A stretch of 64,000 nt of DNA, taken from Fibrobacteria bacterium. GTDB taxonomy: Bacteria; Fibrobacterota; Fibrobacteria; UBA11236. Both the position numbers and the translations under genes were made by a program. Below are positions 37,288 to 47,014 of the stretch, one piece after another (position 1 is the first letter of the stretch; each line of letters begins with the position of its first letter). The DNA lies in contig JBGTHM010000032.1 in the NCBI GenBank assembly GCA_041746255.1, forward strand, positions 32,001 to 96,000. The letters are read 5' to 3'. The notes under the pieces were generated by a model. It made no database searches. It was not told where the DNA came from and was given only the letters and a program-made list of their open reading frames with translations.

Positions 37288-37986
37288 ATGTCGGAAATCC
37301 GCCTCCGGGTCAGCGAAATCTACAAGTCCATCCAAGGTGAATCGACCCATGCGGGCCGGGTTTGCACCTTCATCCGCCTGGCGGGATGCAACTTGCGTTG
37401 CGCCTATTGCGATACCCCTTATGCCTTAAGTGCGGTATCGGGCGAGTGGTGGAACATCGAGGATATCCTAGCGCGTGTTCGCGAGTTGGGAACGGGACTG
37501 GTGGAACTGACCGGGGGCGAACCACTCCTGCAAAAGGCGACACCCGCCCTGGCGGCACGCTTGCTGGATGAGGGCTTCGAGGTGCTCATCGAGACCAGCG
37601 GGTCTTTCGATATCGATGTTTTGCCGAGCGGGGTGAAGCGCATAATGGATGTGAAGGGACCGTGCAGCGGTGAAATCGAATCGCTTCGCCAAGAAAACCT
37701 GGAAAAGTTGCAGGCCCGTGACGAGGTGAAATTCGTCCTCCACGATCGCGAAGAATACGAGTGGGCGCGCGGCTTTCTGGCTACTCACCAACTGGATTCG
37801 CGCTGTACCGTGCTTTTCTCGCCGGTATTCGCCAATAGCGTTCCGGTCGCCCCCTACCGCAAGCCGGTGGATACGGGGCTAGCGCCCAAGGAGTTGGCGG
37901 CCTGGATTCTGGAGGACAACCTTCCCGTACGCCTCCAGCTCCAGCAACACAAGTATATTTGGTCTCCGGAAGCGCGAGGCGTTTGA
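37288..37986 (+). CDS. queE: 7-carboxy-7-deazaguanine synthase (radical SAM)
   Basis: SIQGE, GCNLRCAYCDT, TGGEP, ETSG, QQHKYIW. Confidence 0.92.
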   Translation: MSEIRLRVSEIYKSIQGESTHAGRVCTFIRLAGCNLRCAYCDTPYALSAVSGEWWNIEDILARVRELGTGLVELTGGEPLLQKATPALAARLLDEGFEVLIETSGSFDIDVLPSGVKRIMDVKGPCSGEIESLRQENLEKLQARDEVKFVLHDREEYEWARGFLATHQLDSRCTVLFSPVFANSVPVAPYRKPVDTGLAPKELAAWILEDNLPVRLQLQQHKYIWSPEARGV

Positions 37987-38007
37987 GGGTTTTCGGCGGA
38001 GGCAATC

Positions 38008-38469
38008 ATGTATCGAGTCAGCAAATCATTCGAGGTTGAAAGCGGCCATTTCCTGTCCAAGCACCAGGAAAAATGCAAAAATCCGCATGGCCATACCCGG
38101 CGTATTGAAATCGTAGTGGCTTCCGAATCGCTCGACGCCAACGACATGGTATGCGATTTCAAGGTTTTCAAACTGGCCGTGGGGGAATTCCTCGATTCGC
38201 TGGACCATGCCATGCTTATCAGCACCGAATCGCCCCATCTGGAATATTTCCGTAAAGCTTTCGAAAGGGTAATTCCCGTGGAAGGGTCTGACCCCACCAC
38301 CGAAGTGATGGCGCGCCTCATCTATACGCGTGTGCGTGACGAAATCGCCCGGAAGAAATCCTATACCGCCCCCTCCGGAGCCCGCTATCGTTTCCCCGAG
38401 AGCCTACGCCTCGAAAGGGTCCGGGTGTGGGAAACCTCCACCACCTGGGCGGAATTCGAGGAGAAATGA
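38008..38469 (+). CDS. queD: 6-carboxytetrahydropterin synthase
   Basis: H...CKNPHGH, DF, LDH, PTTE, VWET. Confidence 0.88.
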   Translation: MYRVSKSFEVESGHFLSKHQEKCKNPHGHTRRIEIVVASESLDANDMVCDFKVFKLAVGEFLDSLDHAMLISTESPHLEYFRKAFERVIPVEGSDPTTEVMARLIYTRVRDEIARKKSYTAPSGARYRFPESLRLERVRVWETSTTWAEFEEK

Positions 38470-39461
38470 CCGTCGCTCCGCTGCTACGGAGATTCTCCGT
38501 CGCTCCCATGATGGATTGCACCGACCGCCATTGCCGGTTTTTCCACCGGTTGCTTTCGCGGCGCATGGTGTTGTACACCGAAATGGTGACGACCGGTGCG
38601 GTCATCCATGGAAAAGCCGATAGGTTGCTGGCCTTCCATGAGGACGAACACCCGGTGGCGGTGCAATTGGGCGGAAGCGACCCGCAAGCCCTGGCACAAA
38701 GCGCTCGACGTGCGCGTGAGTTCGGCTATGACGAGGTGAACCTCAACGTGGGTTGTCCCAGCGATCGGGTCCAGTCGGGTCGTTTCGGCGCCTGCCTGAT
38801 GGCCGAACCCGATTTGGTGGCGCAATGCGTGGAAGCCATGCGCGCCGCCGTGGACTTGCCTATTACGGTCAAGACCCGCATCGGCATCGACGACAAAGAC
38901 TCATACGAAGAGTTGCAGGGTTTCATTGCCAGGGTTGCGGCGGCGGGTTGCACGACTTTCATCCTGCATGCGCGCAAGGCATGGCTCAAGGGGCTCAGCC
39001 CCAAGCAGAACCGGGAAAAACCACCGCTGCGATACGACGTGGTAAGGCGCGTGAAAGCGGATTTTCCCGAATTGGAAATCATCATCAACGGCGGCATTAC
39101 CGATTTGGAACAAGCGCGCGAGCATTTGCTCGTATTGGATGGGGTGATGCTCGGTCGCGAGGCTTATTCCAATCCCTATATGCTTACCGAAGTTGATTCG
39201 TCGGTATATGGAGAAACAGGAACGATACCGTCACGAGCGGATATTGTCGCGAAATACCTTCCCTATGTTCGCGCGCGCGTCGAAGAGGGTTGTCCCCTGG
39301 GAATTCTGCTCAAGCCCGTGCTGGGTCTTTATCATAACCGCTATGGCGCCCGGAGCTGGCGTCGGCACCTCAGCGAGAACATGTTCCGGCCGGGAGCCCG
39401 TCCCGAACTGCTGCTGGAGGCTCTCGACTGGGTGGAATCGGCCGCGTCTTCATCAACATGA
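38466..39461 (+). CDS. dusA: tRNA dihydrouridine(20/20a) synthase
   Basis: ATGA overlap; SVAPM, QLGGS, NLNVGCPSDRVQSG, HARKAWL.GLSPKQNR. Confidence 0.95.
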   Translation: MTVAPLLRRFSVAPMMDCTDRHCRFFHRLLSRRMVLYTEMVTTGAVIHGKADRLLAFHEDEHPVAVQLGGSDPQALAQSARRAREFGYDEVNLNVGCPSDRVQSGRFGACLMAEPDLVAQCVEAMRAAVDLPITVKTRIGIDDKDSYEELQGFIARVAAAGCTTFILHARKAWLKGLSPKQNREKPPLRYDVVRRVKADFPELEIIINGGITDLEQAREHLLVLDGVMLGREAYSNPYMLTEVDSSVYGETGTIPSRADIVAKYLPYVRARVEEGCPLGILLKPVLGLYHNRYGARSWRRHLSENMFRPGARPELLLEALDWVESAASSST

Positions 39462-39480
39462 GGCTTCCGTGCCCTCCCAC

Positions 39481-40218
39481 TTATCGGTCGAGGCTGCGGA
39501 GTCCCATCATATAGCCTCCGGCAACATCCAGATTGATCCCCGTAATATAAGCTGCGCCGTCTCCTATCAGGAATTCCAGGGCGTCGCAGACATGGGAGCA
39601 TTCGCCCAGATGTCCGAGAGGAATGTAATCCTTCGGTCTATCGGGAAGCTCCACGCTGTTGGAAAGGACCCCGGGAGAAATCATATTAACGCGAATGTTA
39701 CGGGGTCCCAAGGCCTCGGCATGGGATTTGGTCAGTATGTAAAGACCGGTTTTGGAAACCAAGTAAGCCGTGTTGTAGGTGGAGGACGTGAGATTTTCCA
39801 GCCCGGCATAGCCGATGTTGATTATCGACCCGCCTTCGGAAGGGAAAAGCCGCAGGCTTTTCGTGATGAGATGGTAGGGTCCCACGAGATTGGTTTGCAG
39901 AGTCACATCGAAGTCGGCGGTGGGGTACTCGAGCAACTGCCCCGTTTTGTACAGGCCCACATTGTTTACCAACAGGTCGATTCGCCCCGAGGTGCGTTCA
40001 ATTTCATCCACCATAAAATCAATATCGGCTTGCCGGGCTATATCACCGCCGACTATGGCTGCGCTTCCGCCCGCGTCCTCGATTAGCCGCGCGACCTCTT
40101 TCGCTTCCTTTTGGGAAGCGCGGTAATGGACGTGCACGAAGTAACCGAGCCTCCCCAGGCGCAAGGCCATATCGCGGCCCAATCTTTTCGCCGCACCTGT
40201 TACCAGCGCCGCTTTCAT
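39481..40218 (-). CDS. SDR, pteridine reductase/FolM-like
   Basis: TGAAKRLG (TGxxxRxG typical of PTR1/FolM), VHYR, YLVSK; coupled to folB. Confidence 0.75.
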   Translation of the reverse strand: MKAALVTGAAKRLGRDMALRLGRLGYFVHVHYRASQKEAKEVARLIEDAGGSAAIVGGDIARQADIDFMVDEIERTSGRIDLLVNNVGLYKTGQLLEYPTADFDVTLQTNLVGPYHLITKSLRLFPSEGGSIINIGYAGLENLTSSTYNTAYLVSKTGLYILTKSHAEALGPRNIRVNMISPGVLSNSVELPDRPKDYIPLGHLGECSHVCDALEFLIGDGAAYITGINLDVAGGYMMGLRSLDR

Positions 40219-40571
40219 GTCCGGGCCCTTTCGGCAGTGGCGGAAGCATGGCGGGCTGCGGGAAGCGCCGAAGGCTTTTTCACCTTCATCCGGCAACGCG
40301 TGATTTGCGGCCATTTTTCCAAAAACAAATCGCAACCTTTTTCCGCCATGGTTTCAATCAACTTGAATTTCCGGGTTTGCGCCCAGTCCGCCAGGTAATC
40401 CGCCATGGCGGCATAATCGACCGTATGGGAAAGTTGATCGCTCCCGGCGGCGTCCTCGAAAGGAATTTCAATTTGCACGTCCACCGACAATTCCTGCAGC
40501 ATTTCGCGTTCATGGCTGTGGACTCCGACCACGCAACGGATTTTCAAATCTTCCAGCGCCAACCATCCCAT
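40215..40571 (-). CDS. folB: Dihydroneopterin aldolase
   Basis: VGVHSHER..Q, TVDY, LIETMAE, KKP. Confidence 0.9.
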   Translation of the reverse strand: MGWLALEDLKIRCVVGVHSHEREMLQELSVDVQIEIPFEDAAGSDQLSHTVDYAAMADYLADWAQTRKFKLIETMAEKGCDLFLEKWPQITRCRMKVKKPSALPAARHASATAERART

Positions 40572-41620
40572 TAAATCAACCCCAGGGTAAATGCATGTTC
40601 AATCAAAACCCGCGTGGGTTCGTTCAGCGGTAAAGATAATGCCTCGCGCGGCAAGGTCCAGAGATAATCCACCGCCTCGTAATTGAGAGTGACCGCAGTG
40701 CTGTCACCCGCCTCCAATTTCGCCAGATAATTGACAAGAATGAAATGCCGGGGCCGATGGAATTGGGGATGCTCAATGCAGTCCTGTACCATCACGAAAT
40801 CCACTTTTCCGGGATGGAGGCCGGTTTCTTCGCGTAACTCGCGGGAAAGGGCCTGTTCCAAGGTTTCGCCATAATCGACTTTGCCGCCGGGTATGCCATA
40901 GAGTCCCGACCATTTTTTCGTACGCACCAAAAGGGCTTCCCCGCGCGCATTGATTACAAGAGCTCCAACGGTGGCCAGGGGAAACAGATGTTCGGCCGCC
41001 AGCGAGTCGCGGGCTGCGAAACGCTTGATGTCGGCGGCCTGGCGGAAAACCATGTCCGGCTCCGCCATTTTAAGTAGGGCTGCGTCTGAATATCCGTAGA
41101 GGGCCGCTCCCGCCTGGATGCCGTTCCGTCGTGCGGCTTCCAGGTCGTGGGGGGTGTCGCCGATCAAAATGCATTCGGTGGGCGAGTCGGTGAAAGTCTC
41201 CAGTTCGCGGGCCAACACATGGATTTTATCCCGGGCGCCGCCACGAATTTTATGGAAGAGATTCTGAAGTCCCAAGCGATTCAGGGACTCCGAAATAAGG
41301 TTTTCTTCCAGGGAAGACAGGATGAAGAGGCGATGCTCTCCGTGAAGGCAATGCAGCAGGGAGTGCATGCCTGGGTGGAGGCGGACTTCGCTGGGGTAAT
41401 TCTTCCGGCAGATTTCGGCAAACAGGTTCTCTATAGTTTCGGGATCGTGGCCCGGGGCTTTTACGGAGTAAAACGCCGCTGCGGGAAGCGAGAATTCCCG
41501 TCTATATTCCTCATACGAAATCGATGAGCATCCCAATCCGGTGAGAGTCGCATCGGTGAGTCGCCAGGTCAATTCCTGATCGTCGGCCAGGGTCCCCGAC
41601 CAGTCGAAAATAATATCCAT
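40571..41620 (-). CDS. HAD hydrolase-NUDIX hydrolase fusion
   Basis: FDWSGT (motif I variant), LSS, IGDTPHD; NUDIX box GGKVDYGETLEQALSRELREETGL. Confidence 0.88.
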   Translation of the reverse strand: MDIIFDWSGTLADDQELTWRLTDATLTGLGCSSISYEEYRREFSLPAAAFYSVKAPGHDPETIENLFAEICRKNYPSEVRLHPGMHSLLHCLHGEHRLFILSSLEENLISESLNRLGLQNLFHKIRGGARDKIHVLARELETFTDSPTECILIGDTPHDLEAARRNGIQAGAALYGYSDAALLKMAEPDMVFRQAADIKRFAARDSLAAEHLFPLATVGALVINARGEALLVRTKKWSGLYGIPGGKVDYGETLEQALSRELREETGLHPGKVDFVMVQDCIEHPQFHRPRHFILVNYLAKLEAGDSTAVTLNYEAVDYLWTLPREALSLPLNEPTRVLIEHAFTLGLI

Positions 41621-41757
41621 GTTTTTGGGTAGAAACCTCTGGGAAAAGCTACAGCGCCGATACCCTCGGCAGAAGGGCCAGAATATAGCAACCTGCCCGG
41701 ACCCGGCCGAAGGCGGGAGTCGGTTTCGGAAAGGGTTTCTTGCTAGATTAACCTCAC

Positions 41758-42984
41758 ATGGGCAGGGTAGCATTTAGAGACGGGCATTGCGGCGGGATGG
41801 CCGCCATCCTTTTTTTCGTGGGTATCAGCCATGGCTTCCAAACTCCTCGCGAAGCCTCAGGCGTCAATCAAACCGCGCTCGAGGCATTCGGAGCCCGGAA
41901 TGCGGGAATGGGGACTGCCTTTGGAGGTTTCGGTGTCGATGCGAATGCTGTGGTAAACAGCCCTGGCTCCATTAACGACGTAATGGATCTCACCGTCGCT
42001 TTCGCCCATGCGGAAAGATTCGCCGAAGCCGGTTTCGATAATTTCGCAGCACTTATTCCCCTCAACGGCCGCTCCACTTTGGGCTTGGCCTTTTCGCGCT
42101 ACGGAGTGGGGGGAGTGCAGATTCGTGAAGACGAAGCGCGTCGCTTTGAAGACCCGCGTTTGCTTAATATAGCCGATTACCATGCCGCCCTGGCCTTTGC
42201 CCGGCGTTGGGGAGGCTTGGATGTCGGCGCCAACCTTCACCTGTTATACCGAAGCCTGGATCAAAGTGGATTGGGTATACGCGCCGATTTGATGTCTCAG
42301 TACACGCTCTTCAGGAATTTTCGCGCGGCGGCCTTATTGCGTGGCCTGGTACCCGCGGCGGCGCGCTGGGAATCGGGTCTGATTGAATATGAAAGTCCCG
42401 ATATTCATTTGTCTTTCGCATCGCGGTATCCTTCTCGATATTTCTATGGCGAAGCGCATATCGTCTACGAAACGCAAGGTATTTTTCAAAAAAATGCGAA
42501 ATCAGAATCCAGATTGAGGGGTGGCCGTGGTTGGGAAGCGCCGCTGCAATTCCTGGCTCTAGGAAGCCTGGGTGTGGAATACCTTTTCGATATGGGACTC
42601 AGTTTTCGTATGGGATTACGCGAGTTGGTTTCCCCCCAACCGAATTTCGGAATTGGATATCGGTATCGCCAACGTATCGGTATCGATTATGCCTTTTCCC
42701 CCCATCCCGATTTGCTTTCCTCTCATCGCGTCGGAATAGTAGTGACGCCCCGGTGGAAATCTTTTGATGGAGCCGGTTATCGGAATCGATTCAAGGACGA
42801 GAGTCCACGCCGGCCCCTTCCTCCCGAGGCCGGAGCCCAGCCGGATACGAACAAACCAGGGCCTGCATCGGAAGGCTGGGATGAACCGGGTGAGGAACTG
42901 AAAAGAAGTCCGGAAAATCCGGCGAAGCCTCAGGGTGCTCCGTCCATGGAAGTGCTGGAAGTTGAGGACGACTGGGATGAGTAG
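41758..42984 (+). CDS. PorV/PorQ-like outer-membrane barrel
   Basis: GARNAGMGTAF, NSPG, IDYAF..H..L..SHRV; start uncertain. Confidence 0.75.
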   Translation: MGRVAFRDGHCGGMAAILFFVGISHGFQTPREASGVNQTALEAFGARNAGMGTAFGGFGVDANAVVNSPGSINDVMDLTVAFAHAERFAEAGFDNFAALIPLNGRSTLGLAFSRYGVGGVQIREDEARRFEDPRLLNIADYHAALAFARRWGGLDVGANLHLLYRSLDQSGLGIRADLMSQYTLFRNFRAAALLRGLVPAAARWESGLIEYESPDIHLSFASRYPSRYFYGEAHIVYETQGIFQKNAKSESRLRGGRGWEAPLQFLALGSLGVEYLFDMGLSFRMGLRELVSPQPNFGIGYRYRQRIGIDYAFSPHPDLLSSHRVGIVVTPRWKSFDGAGYRNRFKDESPRRPLPPEAGAQPDTNKPGPASEGWDEPGEELKRSPENPAKPQGAPSMEVLEVEDDWDE

Positions 42985-43000
42985 CGATTTTTCGGGGAGT

Positions 43001-43573
43001 TTACCCTGAAAGCGCGTCCCGATAGCTTCGGAAAGAGGAAAATACCGAAACGACCCGGTCCAGGCCAAGCATATGTAAGCTCTCCCGTGTCGCCTCATCC
43101 TCGGTTACGATAAATGCCGGCTTTTCCATCCGATACGCCTCTTTCAGCGCTTTCACCATCAAATTGACCAGGGTGCTGTTCAAATAGTTGCAGCTCCTCA
43201 GAACGAATGCGAGAGAGGCGAATCCTTCGGATTCCGCCTTTTCGATGAGGTCTTTCAGCATTTGAAGGCTCCCCATGTCATAGGTTGAGCCGGTAAGGTG
43301 GATCAGCAGGTTTCCATTCCAAACTTGTTTGCGTAGCCAGGGTATGTTGCTATTCGCCGTTGCGGGTTCCTGACAGTCATCGCATAGGCCTTGTTGGACC
43401 CGGATTCCGGTCAGAAAGGACCCGCAATTCCGGCAAGAGTCCCAGCCTGGCGCTTCCCACTCCACCTCATCTTCCTTTCTAAGCCCGAGGGAGGGCTTCC
43501 CGTTTGGGGTAAACACTAGTTTAGCTTGTGAATGGGGTGAAAACAAGGTGGTTTCATCCGGTAGGGAGGTCAT
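43001..43573 (-). CDS. STAS (anti-sigma antagonist) protein with N-terminal CxxC-CxxC zinc ribbon
   Basis: CRNC...CDDC; YLNST, LGLDRV STAS signatures. Confidence 0.75.
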   Translation of the reverse strand: MTSLPDETTLFSPHSQAKLVFTPNGKPSLGLRKEDEVEWEAPGWDSCRNCGSFLTGIRVQQGLCDDCQEPATANSNIPWLRKQVWNGNLLIHLTGSTYDMGSLQMLKDLIEKAESEGFASLAFVLRSCNYLNSTLVNLMVKALKEAYRMEKPAFIVTEDEATRESLHMLGLDRVVSVFSSFRSYRDALSG

Positions 43574-43688
43574 CTAGCCGTGAAAAAATTGTTAGTTTTA
43601 TGGCAGCTCTTGGACTAAATTGTTTAACATCCCGTGGAATGGGATCGCTTTTTCCCAATAAACAATCATGGGCTTGAGGAGGTAGTTT

Positions 43689-45653
43689 ATCAAGTTCGAC
43701 ATCCGATCTGTAGGTATTTTCGATGTCGTTTCCGCCCGGCTTTCGGATGGAGAGGTTTTCGATTCCGCCAAGCTTAAAAATACGATTCGTTTTCTAATCG
43801 AAAACGATATGCGTAACATCGTTATCGATTTGGGAAATCTGGAGTACATCTATAGCGATACCATCAACGCCTTCATCGCAACCAATCGCCAAATGTTGGA
43901 GGTAAGCGGACGTATCGCCATCTTAAGCGAGCATCCCAAAGTTCAGGACATTCTTAAAAGAGCCGGTCTTGATAATATCATGCGGATTTATCGCTCCGAA
44001 GCGGAGATGGTGGCCGACTCCAAAGAGATTCTTCGTCAAACCTCCAGTTACCGTATCGAAGAGCTACAGAAAATCTCCAATCAGGATTTTCAGGCCCCGC
44101 CCCAGGAGCCGAAATCAGAATTCGACGATTTCCGGGACGAAATGGGGGAACAACTCGGATCCAAAATTGAAAACAACGAGTATCCCGATTATCAATACGG
44201 GGGACAACCTTCCAATCCCCCTCTCCAACCTCCCCCTCAACCCCCTCCGCAAGCCGGAAATTTCGAGTACCCCACGGTACAATTGCCAATAGGTCAGTAC
44301 GGAGATATGGCTCGCGGAAACCCGGGTGTTGATCCGGAAAGCGAGGATAATCGGCAACGGCGCTCTCCCAACGACCGTTTACGCAGCCCCAATGCCCGTA
44401 AGGAGCAAGGGCGTCGCGTGGGCGGTCGCAATGATATTCCTGAAACCCAACCGTTCCAATACCCGGATGAATCCCAATTCCAGCGGCCCCAGGCACCGGA
44501 ACCCGCAATGCCTGTCTATTCGGAGCCGGCCTACTCGACTCCGCAACAGCCACCCCAACAACCCTATCAAGGGCAGGGTTATGGCGGTGAACCTTATATG
44601 CCTACCGGTTCGCAGCCTGTTTTAATGGAAGAGAAATCCTTTCCATGGAAGGGGATGCTTTTCATCTTTTTCTTTTTGGTGGCTGGCGGCGGACTGATTT
44701 ATTATATCAACCAGCGCGTGGGGGAATTGCCCCAAACTCGATCGGTTGAAGAACCACCTGTGCCTCCGCCCACTCTGGAATCCGTTCCGGCACAGACGGC
44801 TGAACCCGAGAGAGTACCGGATCTATCGGCTCCTGCCGCAACTCCGCCGGTGGTTGAAGCTCCACGGGCAACTGCACCTGCACCTGCACCCCGGGAACGC
44901 GTCGAAAAAGCCCCCCCTAAGCCACGGGAGACTCCGCCGCAGCGAGAGGCGCGCGTTACTCCCGCTCCTGCTCCGACTCCGGCTCGTGCTCCGACGGCGA
45001 CTCCTCCTAGCTCGGGATCCTCCACCATTCGCATCACCAGCGATCCTTCGGGCGCTGAGGTTCTGGTGAATTTTTCCAAAAAGGGCGAAACTCCGCTGGA
45101 CGTGGAATTAATCAACAATTCCAATAAAATTATCGTTCGGAAGGCCGGTTTTGAGAAATTCGAAACCACTTTATCCAAGAGCACGACAGAAAGGGAATTG
45201 CGAGTGGAATTGGGTAAGGAATCCGGCGATCCGGAACCTGAATTCGTCCAACCCGTGCGGTCGGCCGACCCAACCCCGGCGCCGACTCCGCCTCCTCCTG
45301 TGGCGGTTCAAAGGCCGGCACCGGTGGCTCCAGCGCCTACAGCTACTCCACCACCACCTGCACCGGCACCGGAACCACCTGCGGTACGCAGGCCCGATCC
45401 TCCCCCCGCACCTCCGGCGGCAGCCCCCTTCACACCGGGTAGCGGACCTCCTGGGGAGATTTTTCTGTCGAGCAGTCCGGCACGGGCCGATATTTATGTC
45501 AATGGAAAAAATATCGGTAAAAAGACTCCCGCGAAGTTGGACCTTCCTTCCGGCAGCCATCAGATTAGGATGGTCAAGGATGGACAGTCTGCGTCGGTTG
45601 AGCATCGGGTTGATGTCGGAAAAAACCGGGCGCTGCATTTGAGTCTGCAGTAA
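43689..45653 (+). CDS. STAS - Pro/Gln linker - TM - Pro-rich - 2x PEGA protein (probable ATC start)
   Basis: IVIDLGNLEYIYS STAS; one TM; ITSDPSGAEV and LSSSPARADIYVNG PEGA repeats; GAGGAGG 6 nt before in-frame ATC at 43689 (first ATG at 43809). Confidence 0.8.
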   Translation: MKFDIRSVGIFDVVSARLSDGEVFDSAKLKNTIRFLIENDMRNIVIDLGNLEYIYSDTINAFIATNRQMLEVSGRIAILSEHPKVQDILKRAGLDNIMRIYRSEAEMVADSKEILRQTSSYRIEELQKISNQDFQAPPQEPKSEFDDFRDEMGEQLGSKIENNEYPDYQYGGQPSNPPLQPPPQPPPQAGNFEYPTVQLPIGQYGDMARGNPGVDPESEDNRQRRSPNDRLRSPNARKEQGRRVGGRNDIPETQPFQYPDESQFQRPQAPEPAMPVYSEPAYSTPQQPPQQPYQGQGYGGEPYMPTGSQPVLMEEKSFPWKGMLFIFFFLVAGGGLIYYINQRVGELPQTRSVEEPPVPPPTLESVPAQTAEPERVPDLSAPAATPPVVEAPRATAPAPAPRERVEKAPPKPRETPPQREARVTPAPAPTPARAPTATPPSSGSSTIRITSDPSGAEVLVNFSKKGETPLDVELINNSNKIIVRKAGFEKFETTLSKSTTERELRVELGKESGDPEPEFVQPVRSADPTPAPTPPPPVAVQRPAPVAPAPTATPPPPAPAPEPPAVRRPDPPPAPPAAAPFTPGSGPPGEIFLSSSPARADIYVNGKNIGKKTPAKLDLPSGSHQIRMVKDGQSASVEHRVDVGKNRALHLSLQ

Positions 45654-45666
45654 AAGCAAAGGGATT

Positions 45667-46689
45667 GTGGAATTCTCACATTGGGATTTCCGCCCCAAGC
45701 AGCGTCAGCGTTTCGTGGGCAAGCCGGGACGCAAGGTCCCATTCCTGCGGATCTTGCTGTTGTTGGCGTTGGGAGGAACGCTTTACTGGCAATTCGATAA
45801 TCTGATTTCCATAACTTGGATTACATCAATACGCGAATCTGTTTCCGAGTTACGCGCTCCCAAGCCCGAATCCTCACCATCACAAAAACCGGGGTTCCAA
45901 AGCAACTGGTCGAATGACTCCACACTGCTGGATGTGAACTGTCCCGATGCGCGAAAATCAGAATGCGTGAAATTTCTCGACAGCCTCCATTCCGGATTGG
46001 GCAACTCCTTTCTCGCCTTGAGCGAAAAAGCCAAAAGAAAAATACCGGTAAGCGCACCCTATGATTCCGTATCCGCAAGCATCCGGTTTCCCGGCGATGT
46101 TCCGGGCTCGAAACCGGACTTTCCCTGGCCACTTTCCTTCACCCTCCGGGGCGCGAATGCCCGGGAAGTATTCTCCCTGCAACGGTTCGAGTCGGGACCG
46201 GCCTTACCCGATCTGAAAGCCTTATTGACACGATATGACTATTGTTCAGTTCGTCACGGTTGCCTTCGATCCCGTGAAGTGGGCTTGCCGATGCCCAAGG
46301 CGGAGATATTTCAAATTTCGGGATCCCCATCCGAACGGGTTTCTGTGAGGGGAAATCCAGTTATCCTGAGGGATGCGGAATCGCCCGCGGTCTTTCCCGC
46401 ACTCCCGGGAAAATTAGTGGACATTCGAGCGGAGGAGCACGGAGTTTTCGCGGTCAAGCTTTACCATGGTCGCGGCTTGTTTACTTATTACGGCGGCCTT
46501 TCGCGCCTGCACCTCAACGTTAAAATGGGGAGCATATTGGCTTCCCGGGATACTTTGGGATTCGTCGACTCACTCGGGGGGAAAATTTCATCCATGGCGT
46601 TCAGCGCGGAGGAAGCGGGACGATTCGTGGACCCGATGGCCTTTCTGAACGTTCAGACAGAGAAGGGTGGCGTTGCGCATGGACCTTGA
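45667..46689 (+). CDS. Membrane-anchored protein with degenerate M23/LytM domain
   Basis: VFPALPGKL, HGRGLFTYYGGL (zinc His missing), VDPMAFL. Confidence 0.6.
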   Translation: MEFSHWDFRPKQRQRFVGKPGRKVPFLRILLLLALGGTLYWQFDNLISITWITSIRESVSELRAPKPESSPSQKPGFQSNWSNDSTLLDVNCPDARKSECVKFLDSLHSGLGNSFLALSEKAKRKIPVSAPYDSVSASIRFPGDVPGSKPDFPWPLSFTLRGANAREVFSLQRFESGPALPDLKALLTRYDYCSVRHGCLRSREVGLPMPKAEIFQISGSPSERVSVRGNPVILRDAESPAVFPALPGKLVDIRAEEHGVFAVKLYHGRGLFTYYGGLSRLHLNVKMGSILASRDTLGFVDSLGGKISSMAFSAEEAGRFVDPMAFLNVQTEKGGVAHGP

Positions 46690-47014
46690 CCTAGTGTACG
46701 CCGACCTGATAAAGAGAGAAGCGGTCGCTCATCCCAAGCGGTGCTATGGATATATTCTAGCGGTACTCCGGCAATTATCGGAAGAAAACTCCGGGGCGGA
46801 TTTCGGTGCAAACGAAGTGACGGGCTACTTCCGGAAGCGGTTGCGTCAGGACTTCGGCGCCTTGGCTCCCAAGGTAACAGCGTATTGGGAGTTGCAGAAA
46901 GGATCCGATTTGGGCACAGCCCTATCCGTATTGGCGAAGCAAGGCTGCTTGCGATGGGGATCCCACGACACATTGGAGGATTATGCGGCCCAGGGTCCAT
47001 TACTTGAAGATTGA
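46667..47014 (+). CDS. Minf_1886-like small conserved protein
   Basis: Y.YIL.VL...DFGALA.KV..YW....SDLG pattern. Confidence 0.55.
   Translation: MALRMDLDLVYADLIKREAVAHPKRCYGYILAVLRQLSEENSGADFGANEVTGYFRKRLRQDFGALAPKVTAYWELQKGSDLGTALSVLAKQGCLRWGSHDTLEDYAAQGPLLED

Noticed and set aside
37288..38469. queE/queD as a 7-deazaguanine DNA-modification (dpd) defence island
   Set aside because: No dpdA or tgt-like gene; neighbours are dusA and queG, which fits tRNA queuosine synthesis
41594..41602. CCCCGACCA match to the tRNA-Pro 3' end as a possible att site
   Set aside because: Only 9 nt, inside a coding sequence, expected by chance
44860..45430. Short tandem repeats (GCACCT, CCACCA and similar)
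   Set aside because: They encode the Pro/Ala linker of the PEGA protein; not CRISPR or a separate repeat element
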